Shown here in pieces: positions 32,468 to 41,191 of a DNA stretch of 64,000 nucleotides; positions within the stretch are counted from its first letter, which is position 1; every line of letters starts with the position of its first letter. The notes under the pieces are model-generated. The model searched no databases. It saw only the letters and a list, made by a program, of their open reading frames with translations, and was not told the origin of the DNA. This stretch comes from Promethearchaeota archaeon. Its GTDB lineage: Archaea; Asgardarchaeota; Lokiarchaeia; Sigyniarchaeales; SOKP01. Made by a program: the position numbers and the translations under genes. The DNA lies in contig JAHPZA010000004.1 of NCBI GenBank assembly GCA_019058445.1, positions 354,184 to 418,183 on the forward strand. Reading direction: 5' to 3'.

Positions 32468-32710
32468 TTGAGTGCAAAAATGAATGAAGTAGAATCTGAA
32501 ACAAAGTATGAACCATTTAACAATAAACGAATGTTCGCATTTAGCCTTGGAGTACCAATAATAACATTGATGTGGAGCATACGGGCAATGATCCAACTAT
32601 ATGCAGAAAAAGGGTTAAAATTGTCTATATTTGCAGTATTAATAATTTTAGCTATTTATGCTATCTGGGATGCTAATTTTTTGAATTTAAAGTCGAAAAT
32701 CATCATATAG
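32468..32710 (+). pseudogene. Truncated N-terminus of a GPH/MFS_2 sugar:cation symporter
   Basis: Two TMs ending AIYAIWDA, where family members continue with xNDP; the sequence breaks and abuts a convergent gene. Confidence 0.55.
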
Positions 32711-32939
32711 TCTCGATGGTTTTAATATCGCGTCCAGTTATTGATTTTTTCTTACCAAGTTCTTTATATGAGACTCGCAATAAGCTATCTACGTAAAATG
32801 TAGATGTTTTGTTGCACGATTCATCCTTATGTAATATATAAACAGGAGCAGGATAGAGAGATTGATCAATATCTTCCTTCTCTATTTTAAATACGATTCT
32901 TTTATTACAATATGGGCAATAATTATAGCGCGTGGTCAT
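32703..32939 (-). CDS. Small Zn-finger-like protein
   Basis: CPYC...YPAPVYILH....C...FYVD..LRV. Confidence 0.65.
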   Translation of the reverse strand: MTTRYNYCPYCNKRIVFKIEKEDIDQSLYPAPVYILHKDESCNKTSTFYVDSLLRVSYKELGKKKSITGRDIKTIETI

Positions 32940-33047
32940 TAATATAAAAATCGTTTATTTTTACATATTAACAAATAAATTATTATTTTTATATTCTTAT
33001 TTCTATAAATAATAAAAGTCAATTTACTTTTTTATCATTGATACTAA

Positions 33048-35231
33048 ATGTTTAAAATTTCTTCTAAAAAGTCCCTCTATTTACTGTTTCTATTGTTTAT
33101 TATATTCCCATCCGTAATTCTTAATTATTCTCTTTTAGAGGGAACTATTCCAAATTCTTCGATTTATATAAATGTTGTAGCAGATAGTGAACCTGATGTA
33201 GATATGAGGGAATTGCCAGATTTTCCTTACGATGAATTAAATGAAATGTGGTATGATCCAAAAATTGAAATGCTTATTATCACACCAGATGGAAGACAAG
33301 ATTTTGTGAATGCTTGCAAACCATTAATGGAGTGGAAGAATGAGAAAGGAGTAAAAACAATTATTTTAAGCAATTTCTCTAGTTACCCGGGAAGAGATGA
33401 TCAAGAGAGAATTCGTAACATGATCAAATCTTATTATGAAGAAGAAAATATTCAATGGGTTCTTCTAGCAGGAGATGCCCAAAGTGATTTAATCCCTATA
33501 AGAGAAGTGCTAAATGATGATGTGGGATTTTGGGGTCAATCGGAAAAAGTGGGGGGTGATAATTATAAACCGACAGATTATTATTATGCTGATTTAACAG
33601 GTACCTGGGATAATAACGGTAATGGTGTATATGGTGAGTCTACATTTAAAACTGGAGGGCAAGATGAGATCGATTGGATCCCTGAAGTCTATGTCGGTCG
33701 TTTACCTGCTAGTAATGCAATTGAACTTAGTGAAATGATTAATAAAACTCTGAAATATGAAACAGATCCATATATTGAGAATTGGATGGGCAATATGCTA
33801 CTTGCTGGTGGTGTTTCAGATGTACCAGGAGAAGATGATGATGTTGATGGTGAGGATGAAGCCCGTTTAACAACATATATCTGGCAACATTATACTCAAT
33901 ATGAAATGAATTTCACTCATCTTTGTAATTATAATGCCGCCTATTATACACCTCCAGGCACTCATTCAGAATTAAATCAAAATAATTTCACTAATTCATT
34001 TAATTCTGGCTATTCCACTGTATTATTTGCAGGTCACGGTGATATTGGAGCATATTCAGATAAGATCGGTGTAAATACTTTTCGCACAATTTATACCTCT
34101 ACCGATGCTAGTGCAAGCAGCAATATAGACATGCCATCATTGATATATGCTGATGCTTGTAGTACCTCCACTTTCGATTATAATGATAATAGCATTGGAG
34201 AGATTTTAATAAAGAGGTCTAATTCAGGAGCTATTGGATATGTTGGTTCCCTGCGAGTCACATGGTATATACCAAATGATTTGGATCTAGAAATTTTGAA
34301 TAGAGCAAACGCAAAATTATTTTGGGAGGAATTTTTTCAAAATAAAAAATTTCAGCAAGGTAAAGCATTATATGACTCAAAAGTTACATATATGAATAGC
34401 GATTATTTTAAAGACGAGCGTGTTAATGCTGAGGACTATGATGAAGCTGAAAGAAAAAATCTATTAACTTATTGTTTATTAGGCGATCCCGAAGTTGATA
34501 TTTATACAGATAAACCTGCGAATGCCTCAAATCCATTCACTCAAGACATTTACGAGGGTCAATTAATAACTACAATAATAAGAAACATTAATGGTAAAGC
34601 GGTTCCTTATGCGAGAGTAAATTTAAAAACAACTGATAAAAAATATCGTACTGTTTATAGTGATATCAATGGTAGAATAAGCTTTCGCCTTCCGGCTCAA
34701 GCGTATGAAAATTATAATGTAACAATAACGGGACACAATTTGATCCCCACTTATTTCAATTTCACGACTTTACCGGATAATAGCAAACCTAACTTTATTG
34801 ATGAAAAATGTACTCCTAAAGATCCTACAGTATCCGATAATATATGTTTCGAAATTGAAGTCGATGACTCTGAATCCGGAATTGAAAATGTGTATTTGTT
34901 ACAATCTAAAGATAAAGACTTCGAAACGTTTAGCTATTATAAGATGGTACATCGTTTCGAAGATAATAAAGATGAGTTTAAATATACGATAAATAAATTA
35001 GATCCGGGGAAATATTACTTTCTAGTCGTTGCGAGAGATTGGGCTAATAATAAAGAAATATTAGAGGATAAGAGTTTTAAAATCTTAATACAAAATCCTA
35101 TTATGGATTATGTACTCGTTACCTCATTAATTATGGTAATAGCTTTATTATGTATATCAATTTTTACAAGTTATAATGGAAGAAAACAATATCAACGCAA
35201 AATCAATAAGTTAAAATTAACTAATAATTAA
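33048..35231 (+). CDS. Membrane-anchored peptidase C25 (gingipain) family protein
   Basis: VLLAGD, TDYYYADL, VGRLP, catalytic FAGHG and ADACS, LLGDP; N-terminal signal and C-terminal TM. Confidence 0.88.
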   Translation: MFKISSKKSLYLLFLLFIIFPSVILNYSLLEGTIPNSSIYINVVADSEPDVDMRELPDFPYDELNEMWYDPKIEMLIITPDGRQDFVNACKPLMEWKNEKGVKTIILSNFSSYPGRDDQERIRNMIKSYYEEENIQWVLLAGDAQSDLIPIREVLNDDVGFWGQSEKVGGDNYKPTDYYYADLTGTWDNNGNGVYGESTFKTGGQDEIDWIPEVYVGRLPASNAIELSEMINKTLKYETDPYIENWMGNMLLAGGVSDVPGEDDDVDGEDEARLTTYIWQHYTQYEMNFTHLCNYNAAYYTPPGTHSELNQNNFTNSFNSGYSTVLFAGHGDIGAYSDKIGVNTFRTIYTSTDASASSNIDMPSLIYADACSTSTFDYNDNSIGEILIKRSNSGAIGYVGSLRVTWYIPNDLDLEILNRANAKLFWEEFFQNKKFQQGKALYDSKVTYMNSDYFKDERVNAEDYDEAERKNLLTYCLLGDPEVDIYTDKPANASNPFTQDIYEGQLITTIIRNINGKAVPYARVNLKTTDKKYRTVYSDINGRISFRLPAQAYENYNVTITGHNLIPTYFNFTTLPDNSKPNFIDEKCTPKDPTVSDNICFEIEVDDSESGIENVYLLQSKDKDFETFSYYKMVHRFEDNKDEFKYTINKLDPGKYYFLVVARDWANNKEILEDKSFKILIQNPIMDYVLVTSLIMVIALLCISIFTSYNGRKQYQRKINKLKLTNN

Positions 35232-35232
35232 T

Positions 35233-35799
35233 TTAACTCGTTTTAGAGGGATTTTTTATTGCTTCTTCTTTTTTTAAATGAATAAGATATTGAATAGATC
35301 TATATGTAGAGAGCCCACCTTGACATATTAAAGCCAAACATATAAAAAGTATTGCGATTAAATCATTGAATATAAACAAAAATAACAGAATTAGAATCCC
35401 AGAGAGAGTAAATGTGAAGATAGATGAGATTTCACCAAAAATTATTTTCCAAGATTTTGATTTCTTTATATGCACCTTCAATTCTTCTTGATATTTCTCC
35501 TCACCAACTTGTTTAACATACCAACTACCTTCTATATTATTGGCGAACAAAAAGAGACTCCAAAAAAAAATAAAAAACGCAAAATAAAAGTCTAAACACC
35601 CAAGAATAATGAGCGGAACTTGGATAATAACAATACCCTTCCAACCAAGTTTTCTGGCAATTTTATTAGTTTCCAGTTTTAATTCTTTAGTAACATATCT
35701 CGTTGAGAGGATGTCAAGAGATCTGCCAAGTATTACAATAAAAGCATTTATGAGATATTGGTACCATTCAGTGGAATGAAATATAAGTTGGAGTATCAT
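35233..35799 (-). CDS. Polytopic membrane protein
   Basis: Several hydrophobic segments; D..ST...L.LE.N motif. Confidence 0.7.
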   Translation of the reverse strand: MILQLIFHSTEWYQYLINAFIVILGRSLDILSTRYVTKELKLETNKIARKLGWKGIVIIQVPLIILGCLDFYFAFFIFFWSLFLFANNIEGSWYVKQVGEEKYQEELKVHIKKSKSWKIIFGEISSIFTFTLSGILILLFLFIFNDLIAILFICLALICQGGLSTYRSIQYLIHLKKEEAIKNPSKTS

Positions 35800-35983
35800 C
35801 TTAACTGATATTCTAATAATGATTTATAAGTTTAATGTTTTTCGTTTTAATCTTTAATTCTTTTAAAAAGAAAGATTCAATATCAAAAATTTAGAAATTA
35901 TCCTCCAAAGTTAATGGAATTAGAGTATTTTTGAATACTTTTGGACTGTATAGATTTAAATAACAAGGTAAATATAGAGAGCT

Positions 35984-37324
35984 GTGAAAGAGAAAAAAGA
36001 TTTGCAATGTAAATATGAGAATTGTACAAATAGGAAGATAGATTACAACGAAAAAAATACTAATTCTAATCTATTGTTTTTGGATATCTTCGAAGATAAG
36101 AAGACTTTAGAAGACTATGTTATTGAACAAATTCAGTATTATTCTAGAACAGGTGAAAGATTATATCAACAAGAAGACATTACGAAAGCACTTAAATTTA
36201 GAATGGCTGATTTCAAGCCTAAAGTAATGAATATAATTAGAAGTATATTTTACACAAAAAAAGAGGATATTATTCAGACTATCTACGATATGACTTTTGG
36301 GAAAGTTAGATTTGCAATTCAGAAATTACGACATTGGGCTTCGCAAAATGGAATGGAAGTATTAACGACATCTCAAGAATGGTTTGATATGGTACTTAAT
36401 AGAGATGAATATCTCAAAACTGGACCTAAAAAGACAACAGAATTTTTAAAAGTTTTAATAAAGTGTGCTCAAGGCCATATTTATGTTAAATATGCAAGGG
36501 AAATTTCAAAGGGATGTAAACATTGTCAACCGTATAGGGTCGGTATTGCATATACTCGTACTTTAGAAGAATACTATGAATATATAAAGGATGTCTGCTC
36601 AGTAAGAGGTTATGAATTAATAACTACGAAAAAAGAGATTATATTAAAATTAAAGAAATCCAGACAGATTAAAGATCGTACTAGTTTTGAAGGTCGTGAT
36701 GAAAATGTTGGGATAGAAGTGAGACATAAAGGATGTAATCATGAATTTAAAATTCGTTTTAAAGCTGTTTTGTATAATCCTGGATGTAAATTCTGTATTT
36801 CACACAAAAAACAAAAAATTGTACAATTAATAATAGAAGAGATGTTAGGAGAAAAATTTGAACCTGAGGTACAAATTCATAGAGTATTTAATAAAGTGAA
36901 GCATAAAGAAGTAAATGATTTCGATTTTAGAGTCAAATTGGATATGTTTAAAAAGGTAGGAATTAGAGATAAAAATGGAAATTTTATTAAATTGGCTATT
37001 GAAAGACATGGCCAACAACATGAGCCCACACTAAAAGGATTCAAAATCTATTTAAAAATAGCTAAACATCCTGATATAAAAAGAGGAAGTAAAATATATA
37101 AAACATTATGGAAGAAGTGGATGAAACAGTTAAACACTGATAAAAAAGAAATAGAGATATTTCAAAAATATAATGAAAATGGTTATTATTTAATTGTAGT
37201 GCATCATAAGATTAAAAATCATCAAGTAGAGCAATTTATTATTAACGAATTGATGAGACAAACAGGCAATAAAATTAGCTATATAGGTATTCAATGGCAA
37301 ACCTTATTTAATAAGATAAAGTAA
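35984..37324 (+). CDS. Zn-ribbon plus PD-(D/E)xK/Vsr-like (EDxHD-type) endonuclease, free-standing homing-endonuclease-like
   Basis: C..GH...GCKHC and H..C.H...GCKFC modules; KLDMF..., LAIERHGQQH, D.KE.E....NGYYLIVV. Confidence 0.65.
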   Translation: MKEKKDLQCKYENCTNRKIDYNEKNTNSNLLFLDIFEDKKTLEDYVIEQIQYYSRTGERLYQQEDITKALKFRMADFKPKVMNIIRSIFYTKKEDIIQTIYDMTFGKVRFAIQKLRHWASQNGMEVLTTSQEWFDMVLNRDEYLKTGPKKTTEFLKVLIKCAQGHIYVKYAREISKGCKHCQPYRVGIAYTRTLEEYYEYIKDVCSVRGYELITTKKEIILKLKKSRQIKDRTSFEGRDENVGIEVRHKGCNHEFKIRFKAVLYNPGCKFCISHKKQKIVQLIIEEMLGEKFEPEVQIHRVFNKVKHKEVNDFDFRVKLDMFKKVGIRDKNGNFIKLAIERHGQQHEPTLKGFKIYLKIAKHPDIKRGSKIYKTLWKKWMKQLNTDKKEIEIFQKYNENGYYLIVVHHKIKNHQVEQFIINELMRQTGNKISYIGIQWQTLFNKIK

Positions 37325-37338
37325 AAAATTTTTAAAAA
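37323..37338 (-). terminator. Oligo-T terminator for the 5S precursor
   Basis: T5 and T6 runs on the minus strand directly after the processing stem. Confidence 0.45.
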
Positions 37339-37357
37339 TAGTCATATAACTTAACGT

Positions 37358-37538
37358 TTCCGGGTTCCCGAACCATCCATAAATCAGATGATTTTTCGGA
37401 TGGGACCGGGTACTATCCTCGATAGCCATGACCGTAAGCAAACTTATGCTTGCGTTGCAATACACAACGCAATTTACAGTTTGATAGTTCCCACAGATTG
37501 CAACTGCAGTACTATTATCAACGCGTATCGAGTTTAAC
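37358..37538 (-). rRNA. rrf: 5S rRNA gene, circularly permuted and intron-containing; mature order = 37437-37395, 37364-37358, 37538-37474
   Basis: Helix I UUACGGU/ACUGUAA; helix II GCUAUCGAG/CUCGAUA(C)GC; helix III ACCCGG/CCGG(AA)GU; loop C UCCCAUCCGAAC; helix V UUGAUA/UAUCAA; loop E AGUA/GAA; helix IV CUGCAG/CUGUGG; total 115 nt. Confidence 0.88.
37365..37394 (-). other. 30-nt BHL intron in 5S rRNA loop C
   Basis: Central helix UCCG/CGGG, bulges AA^A and AA^C, intron stem AAUCAUCUG/UGGAUGGUU. Confidence 0.85.
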
Positions 37539-37599
37539 CTTCGGCGTTATGCGAAATGCTTTGTTATATGATTATATTATAAAAAAGAAAAATTATGAA

Positions 37600-37620
37600 G
37601 AATAATAAATTTTATCATTT
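37600..37620 (-). promoter_or_regulatory. Candidate BRE/TATA for the 5S precursor
   Basis: Minus strand GATAAAATTTATTAT ~25-30 nt upstream of the outer stem; the AT-rich background makes this weak. Confidence 0.3.
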
Positions 37621-37717
37621 TTTAAGAACTTAGATGTCTATGTAATTCATAAATTAATTTTTTATGCGATAAATTATATCATTAAATATCTTAATAAAGC
37701 CAAGTACGGATGATTAG

Positions 37718-38338
37718 ATGCCTAACAAAATTGTAATCTTATTGAAAAGAATTCTAAAATTTTGGTTTATCGCCCTTATCGTAGCTATTCTTATAGTATA
37801 TCTTTACTATCCGAATTATGCAATATGGATGACTGTGATTAGCATAATTCTGATAGTTTTATCATTTATCCCCAGTCTCTATTTTCGTTTTAGATTAGTG
37901 AGGTTTATGAAAGAATATTATAGAATAGATGATAAAACAATTGCAAGATATTTTAAGAAACCACTGAGAAAAATACAAAACAAAATGTTTGCGATGTCTC
38001 AAAAGCAAGAAGGTAAAAGTTGGTGGAAAAGGCTTCTCGAAAGACTTCTAAAAAAGGAGGCTGAACCAACATTAAAGCTAGACAAAAAAAAATGGCTTAT
38101 TATTTTCTTTAATAGACAATATATCTTTTACCACATGGAAACTATTGAAAAAATAAAAGAACTCTTTATAAAGGGCTATAACGACAAAGAAATGTTAGAA
38201 GATCTTAAAGAATTTGAGATAAAAAATAGAGATGAGATTAAAGCAATCATTCAGACGCTACTAAAAAACAAAAGAATTAGTGAGAGGACCACGAGTGTTA
38301 AAGAACGTCAGGAAAAAAAGCGTTTTGAAAATTTATAA
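37718..38338 (+). CDS. Hypothetical protein, two N-terminal TMs plus basic cytoplasmic domain
   Basis: Hydropathy of the 206-aa ORF. Confidence 0.7.
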   Translation: MPNKIVILLKRILKFWFIALIVAILIVYLYYPNYAIWMTVISIILIVLSFIPSLYFRFRLVRFMKEYYRIDDKTIARYFKKPLRKIQNKMFAMSQKQEGKSWWKRLLERLLKKEAEPTLKLDKKKWLIIFFNRQYIFYHMETIEKIKELFIKGYNDKEMLEDLKEFEIKNRDEIKAIIQTLLKNKRISERTTSVKERQEKKRFENL

Positions 38339-38396
38339 AGAAAATAATTGAAAAACATAAAAAAATAAGTGTAGTATTAGTTCTCCATATTTATTA

Positions 38397-38530
38397 TTAT
38401 TTATCTCCAAATTCTATATCAAAGTTATAATACTTCCTTACGGGCTTCTTAACTTTCCAAACATATTGTAATCCTTTTTCAAATTGGACAAGATCTCCTT
38501 TTACAAACTCCATTTTCTCTTCAGTATCAA
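38397..38530 (-). pseudogene. Orphan 3' half of the cupin gene at 45051-45341 (direct repeat)
   Basis: Translates DTEEKMEFVKGDLVQFEKGLQYVWKVKKPVRKYYNFDIEFGDK*, versus ETGEKIEFGKGDLVQFEKGLKCIWKVKKPVRKYYNFDIEFGNI* in the intact gene. Confidence 0.85.
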
Positions 38531-38826
38531 TTTATATGAAAAACTTTTGTATATTTAGGAGTATCTTTTGCATAATAATTATAGAATGTAAAACGAGGGT
38601 GTATAGTGGGATTAATAGAACCCCCAATGATAAAAGCAATTGGAGTGGGGCCCGCATCGTAGCGTGTAATAGGGCAACCGTAAACTTTTTAGTATCATCT
38701 CTTCTAATGCATGAGGATTATTCTCGCAAAGTAATAGATTATTCAATAAGATATGCTTAAAACAGCTCGAATTTTTTTAGCTTTAAAATTTTACTTATTC
38801 AAAATCAGTAATGGAACTTAGTTTTT

Positions 38827-40140
38827 TTATTCTTTATCTTTTTCTTCATTTAATTCATTAAAATCTTCTTTAGGAATTCGATCAGTTTCAATGCTCAACT
38901 CTTCATAAAGATTTAGAAACTCTTCAGTTGTATAAATCGGGGATTTAAGAATTTCAGATTTTATATATTCATATTCCTGCCCATCTGTAAAAATATATTT
39001 AAGTTTGTCTTCTAATTCTAAGGGTATTTCTGCATATTTCCCTGATAATAATAATGGATGGGATTTACTAGGAATAATTCTAAATGGAAAGTTAGAAAAG
39101 TATTTATCAATTAAGAAATAGGCGGGTTCGTATGCGGACATATCTCTAATGGATTTTTTCAGTTCTCTTCTAAAAAATTGTTGAAATTCATTAGAAAAAT
39201 TAACCAGTGACTCTCTTAATAATTTAGAAGTTTTAGACGCAACTAAGCCTACTGTAACTAATTCTGATTCATACAATATGAGGATCCCCTCTTCCAAATT
39301 AATGTTTACAAGTCCACCGATGTTCATAACCTCTTCACTCATCAGCTGTACCGCATTTATAAAACCTGTAAACATCATTTCATCAATATTAGATTCAGAC
39401 CAATCATGATCAAATAAAGGATATCCTTGTTTATCTTTAATAAGAATTCTATTAATGGTGAAAGGCAAGATATAAAGAAGTTTAGGTTCTTTTAAAATAA
39501 AAACCATAAATATAATCAATCCAAGCGCTAGAGTTATATCTGCTAAAAGGATTAAAGAGGGTATCCAATAGGAAAAAAAGTAAATTGAAAAAGTAATTGG
39601 AACGACAAAAATTATTCCTATCATAAAAAAATTAGCATCCCTTTTGATTAAAAAGGGTGCATTAATCCAGGTTTTTAATCCCCAATAAAAAACAGCACAA
39701 GCCACGTAAAATTGGAAGATATTTCCAACAATAAATAATAAATCTCTCCAAATTATTGTTGGATAGCCATATTCACTACTATGTACAATCATTCCAGGTT
39801 GAAACGTCAAATAAACTAATGGAATTCCTAAGCATAAAATTGGGATTAAATTTATAGAAAGAAAATTTTCTTTCATAGTATAATTAATTCCTATTAAAGT
39901 AAAGAGAGCGGCAAAAAAGATTGTAATGGTGTGAATTTGATTTAATAATATACTGCCAAAAATAAATGAGAAACCTTCCAACAGGAGAAATATTCCCATG
40001 AACATAATACCTAACCTTAAATAAAATAGCGATTTTATTTTTTTAGTCTTTGGTGCAATATAAGTTAATATTGAGGCTGAAAGAATAATTATTGCCACTA
40101 TCAAATCCACTATTGCTTCAGGAGTCCAGTTTAAATTCAT
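38827..40140 (-). CDS. ~7-TM membrane protein fused to a longin-like cytoplasmic domain
   Basis: TM helices, then ILIKDKQGYPLF...MFTGFINAVQLMSEEV...GLVAS...L..FSNEF longin-like pattern. Confidence 0.65.
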   Translation of the reverse strand: MNLNWTPEAIVDLIVAIIILSASILTYIAPKTKKIKSLFYLRLGIMFMGIFLLLEGFSFIFGSILLNQIHTITIFFAALFTLIGINYTMKENFLSINLIPILCLGIPLVYLTFQPGMIVHSSEYGYPTIIWRDLLFIVGNIFQFYVACAVFYWGLKTWINAPFLIKRDANFFMIGIIFVVPITFSIYFFSYWIPSLILLADITLALGLIIFMVFILKEPKLLYILPFTINRILIKDKQGYPLFDHDWSESNIDEMMFTGFINAVQLMSEEVMNIGGLVNINLEEGILILYESELVTVGLVASKTSKLLRESLVNFSNEFQQFFRRELKKSIRDMSAYEPAYFLIDKYFSNFPFRIIPSKSHPLLLSGKYAEIPLELEDKLKYIFTDGQEYEYIKSEILKSPIYTTEEFLNLYEELSIETDRIPKEDFNELNEEKDKE

Positions 40141-40211
40141 TTCTTTTTCTCATTTTATAATTATTTTTAAAACTCTTATATTTATCATTCAAATTTATTT
40201 AATTGTATTTT

Positions 40212-40910
40212 TTATTTAGTATTTAATATTCGAACTATATTTTCTCTATTTTCTGGATATAGATATATTTTATTAGCTTCTACTTCATCTAAGGAGATTA
40301 TATCATTATTTATTAGATTATTAATGCGATAATACACATATTCTCTTTTCTCATTTATAAGCTTGTAAATTTCAGACTTTTGGATTGGTTCTTGTTCAAT
40401 TAAAGTCTCAAGAATTTTTTTATTTATAGGATCGCTTATTAAGAAATAAATTATTCCTAAATCGTCCTCTATCTCAATTGGGAGAAAGATCGTATAATAT
40501 CCAACTTTAATTTTTTTAATGTAATTAAACCTAATTAACAATTCTAAATGCCAGATCAGTTGACCTGCGCTTCCAGTACCACCTTCCTTGGACAAAACTT
40601 CGTCTCTTATAATAGAAAAATGAGCACCTAAATTAGACTTAATATACTTATAAATCCTTTTTCTATGCGGATTTGAAATTACTGATTCTTTGGTAAATTT
40701 TGAACCCTCAACTAATATTCTTTTATTGAATAATAATTGAATTATGGAAATAAGTCCCCTTTTAGATAACTTTAAACGCTTTCTTGCTGCATTATAGAGT
40801 ATCTCTGTATTTAAAGGCTTATTTTGATTTATGATCTCTTGGGCAATTTTGATTACTCCTTGAACACTCGGATGATTTAATCCATTGGAACCTATCAATG
40901 ACAGCGCCAA
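40212..40910 (-). CDS. Multi winged-HTH transcription regulator
   Basis: RKRIYKYIKSNLGAHF...QLIWHL..L and a second wHTH (YYRINNL). Confidence 0.75.
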   Translation of the reverse strand: MALSLIGSNGLNHPSVQGVIKIAQEIINQNKPLNTEILYNAARKRLKLSKRGLISIIQLLFNKRILVEGSKFTKESVISNPHRKRIYKYIKSNLGAHFSIIRDEVLSKEGGTGSAGQLIWHLELLIRFNYIKKIKVGYYTIFLPIEIEDDLGIIYFLISDPINKKILETLIEQEPIQKSEIYKLINEKREYVYYRINNLINNDIISLDEVEANKIYLYPENRENIVRILNTK

Positions 40911-41191
40911 AAGCGAACCCTCTCATTAAGTTCTATTTTTAAAAAGTCGATCTCGATATAATAAATTCATAAAAGGAAATATAAACTTTATTATCCATCA
41001 ATATGGATTTCCTTTTCGATTCCTTTCTTTCTCTGCGAGAGATATGATAATTTGAGATTTAATTTGCCAAAATCATAGTTTTGTAAAAAATCAGTCCTAG
41101 TGCATTTATATATTCAATATAAAAGGTGGTTCTTAAAAATCTAACAAAAATGTAACAATCTTACCTTTTTAAGCGTAAAAATAATCAAAAA

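Larger units (their letters stand above)
37337..37575 (-). repeat. Inverted repeats closing the 5S precursor (processing stem)
   Basis: TCATATAAC (37342-37350) is the reverse complement of GTTATATGA (37563-37571); TAACG (37352-37356) pairs with CGTTA (37545-37549). Confidence 0.75.

Noticed and set aside
38536-38760. 74-aa plus-strand ORF
   Set aside because: No motif and atypical composition; probably debris at the cassette boundary.
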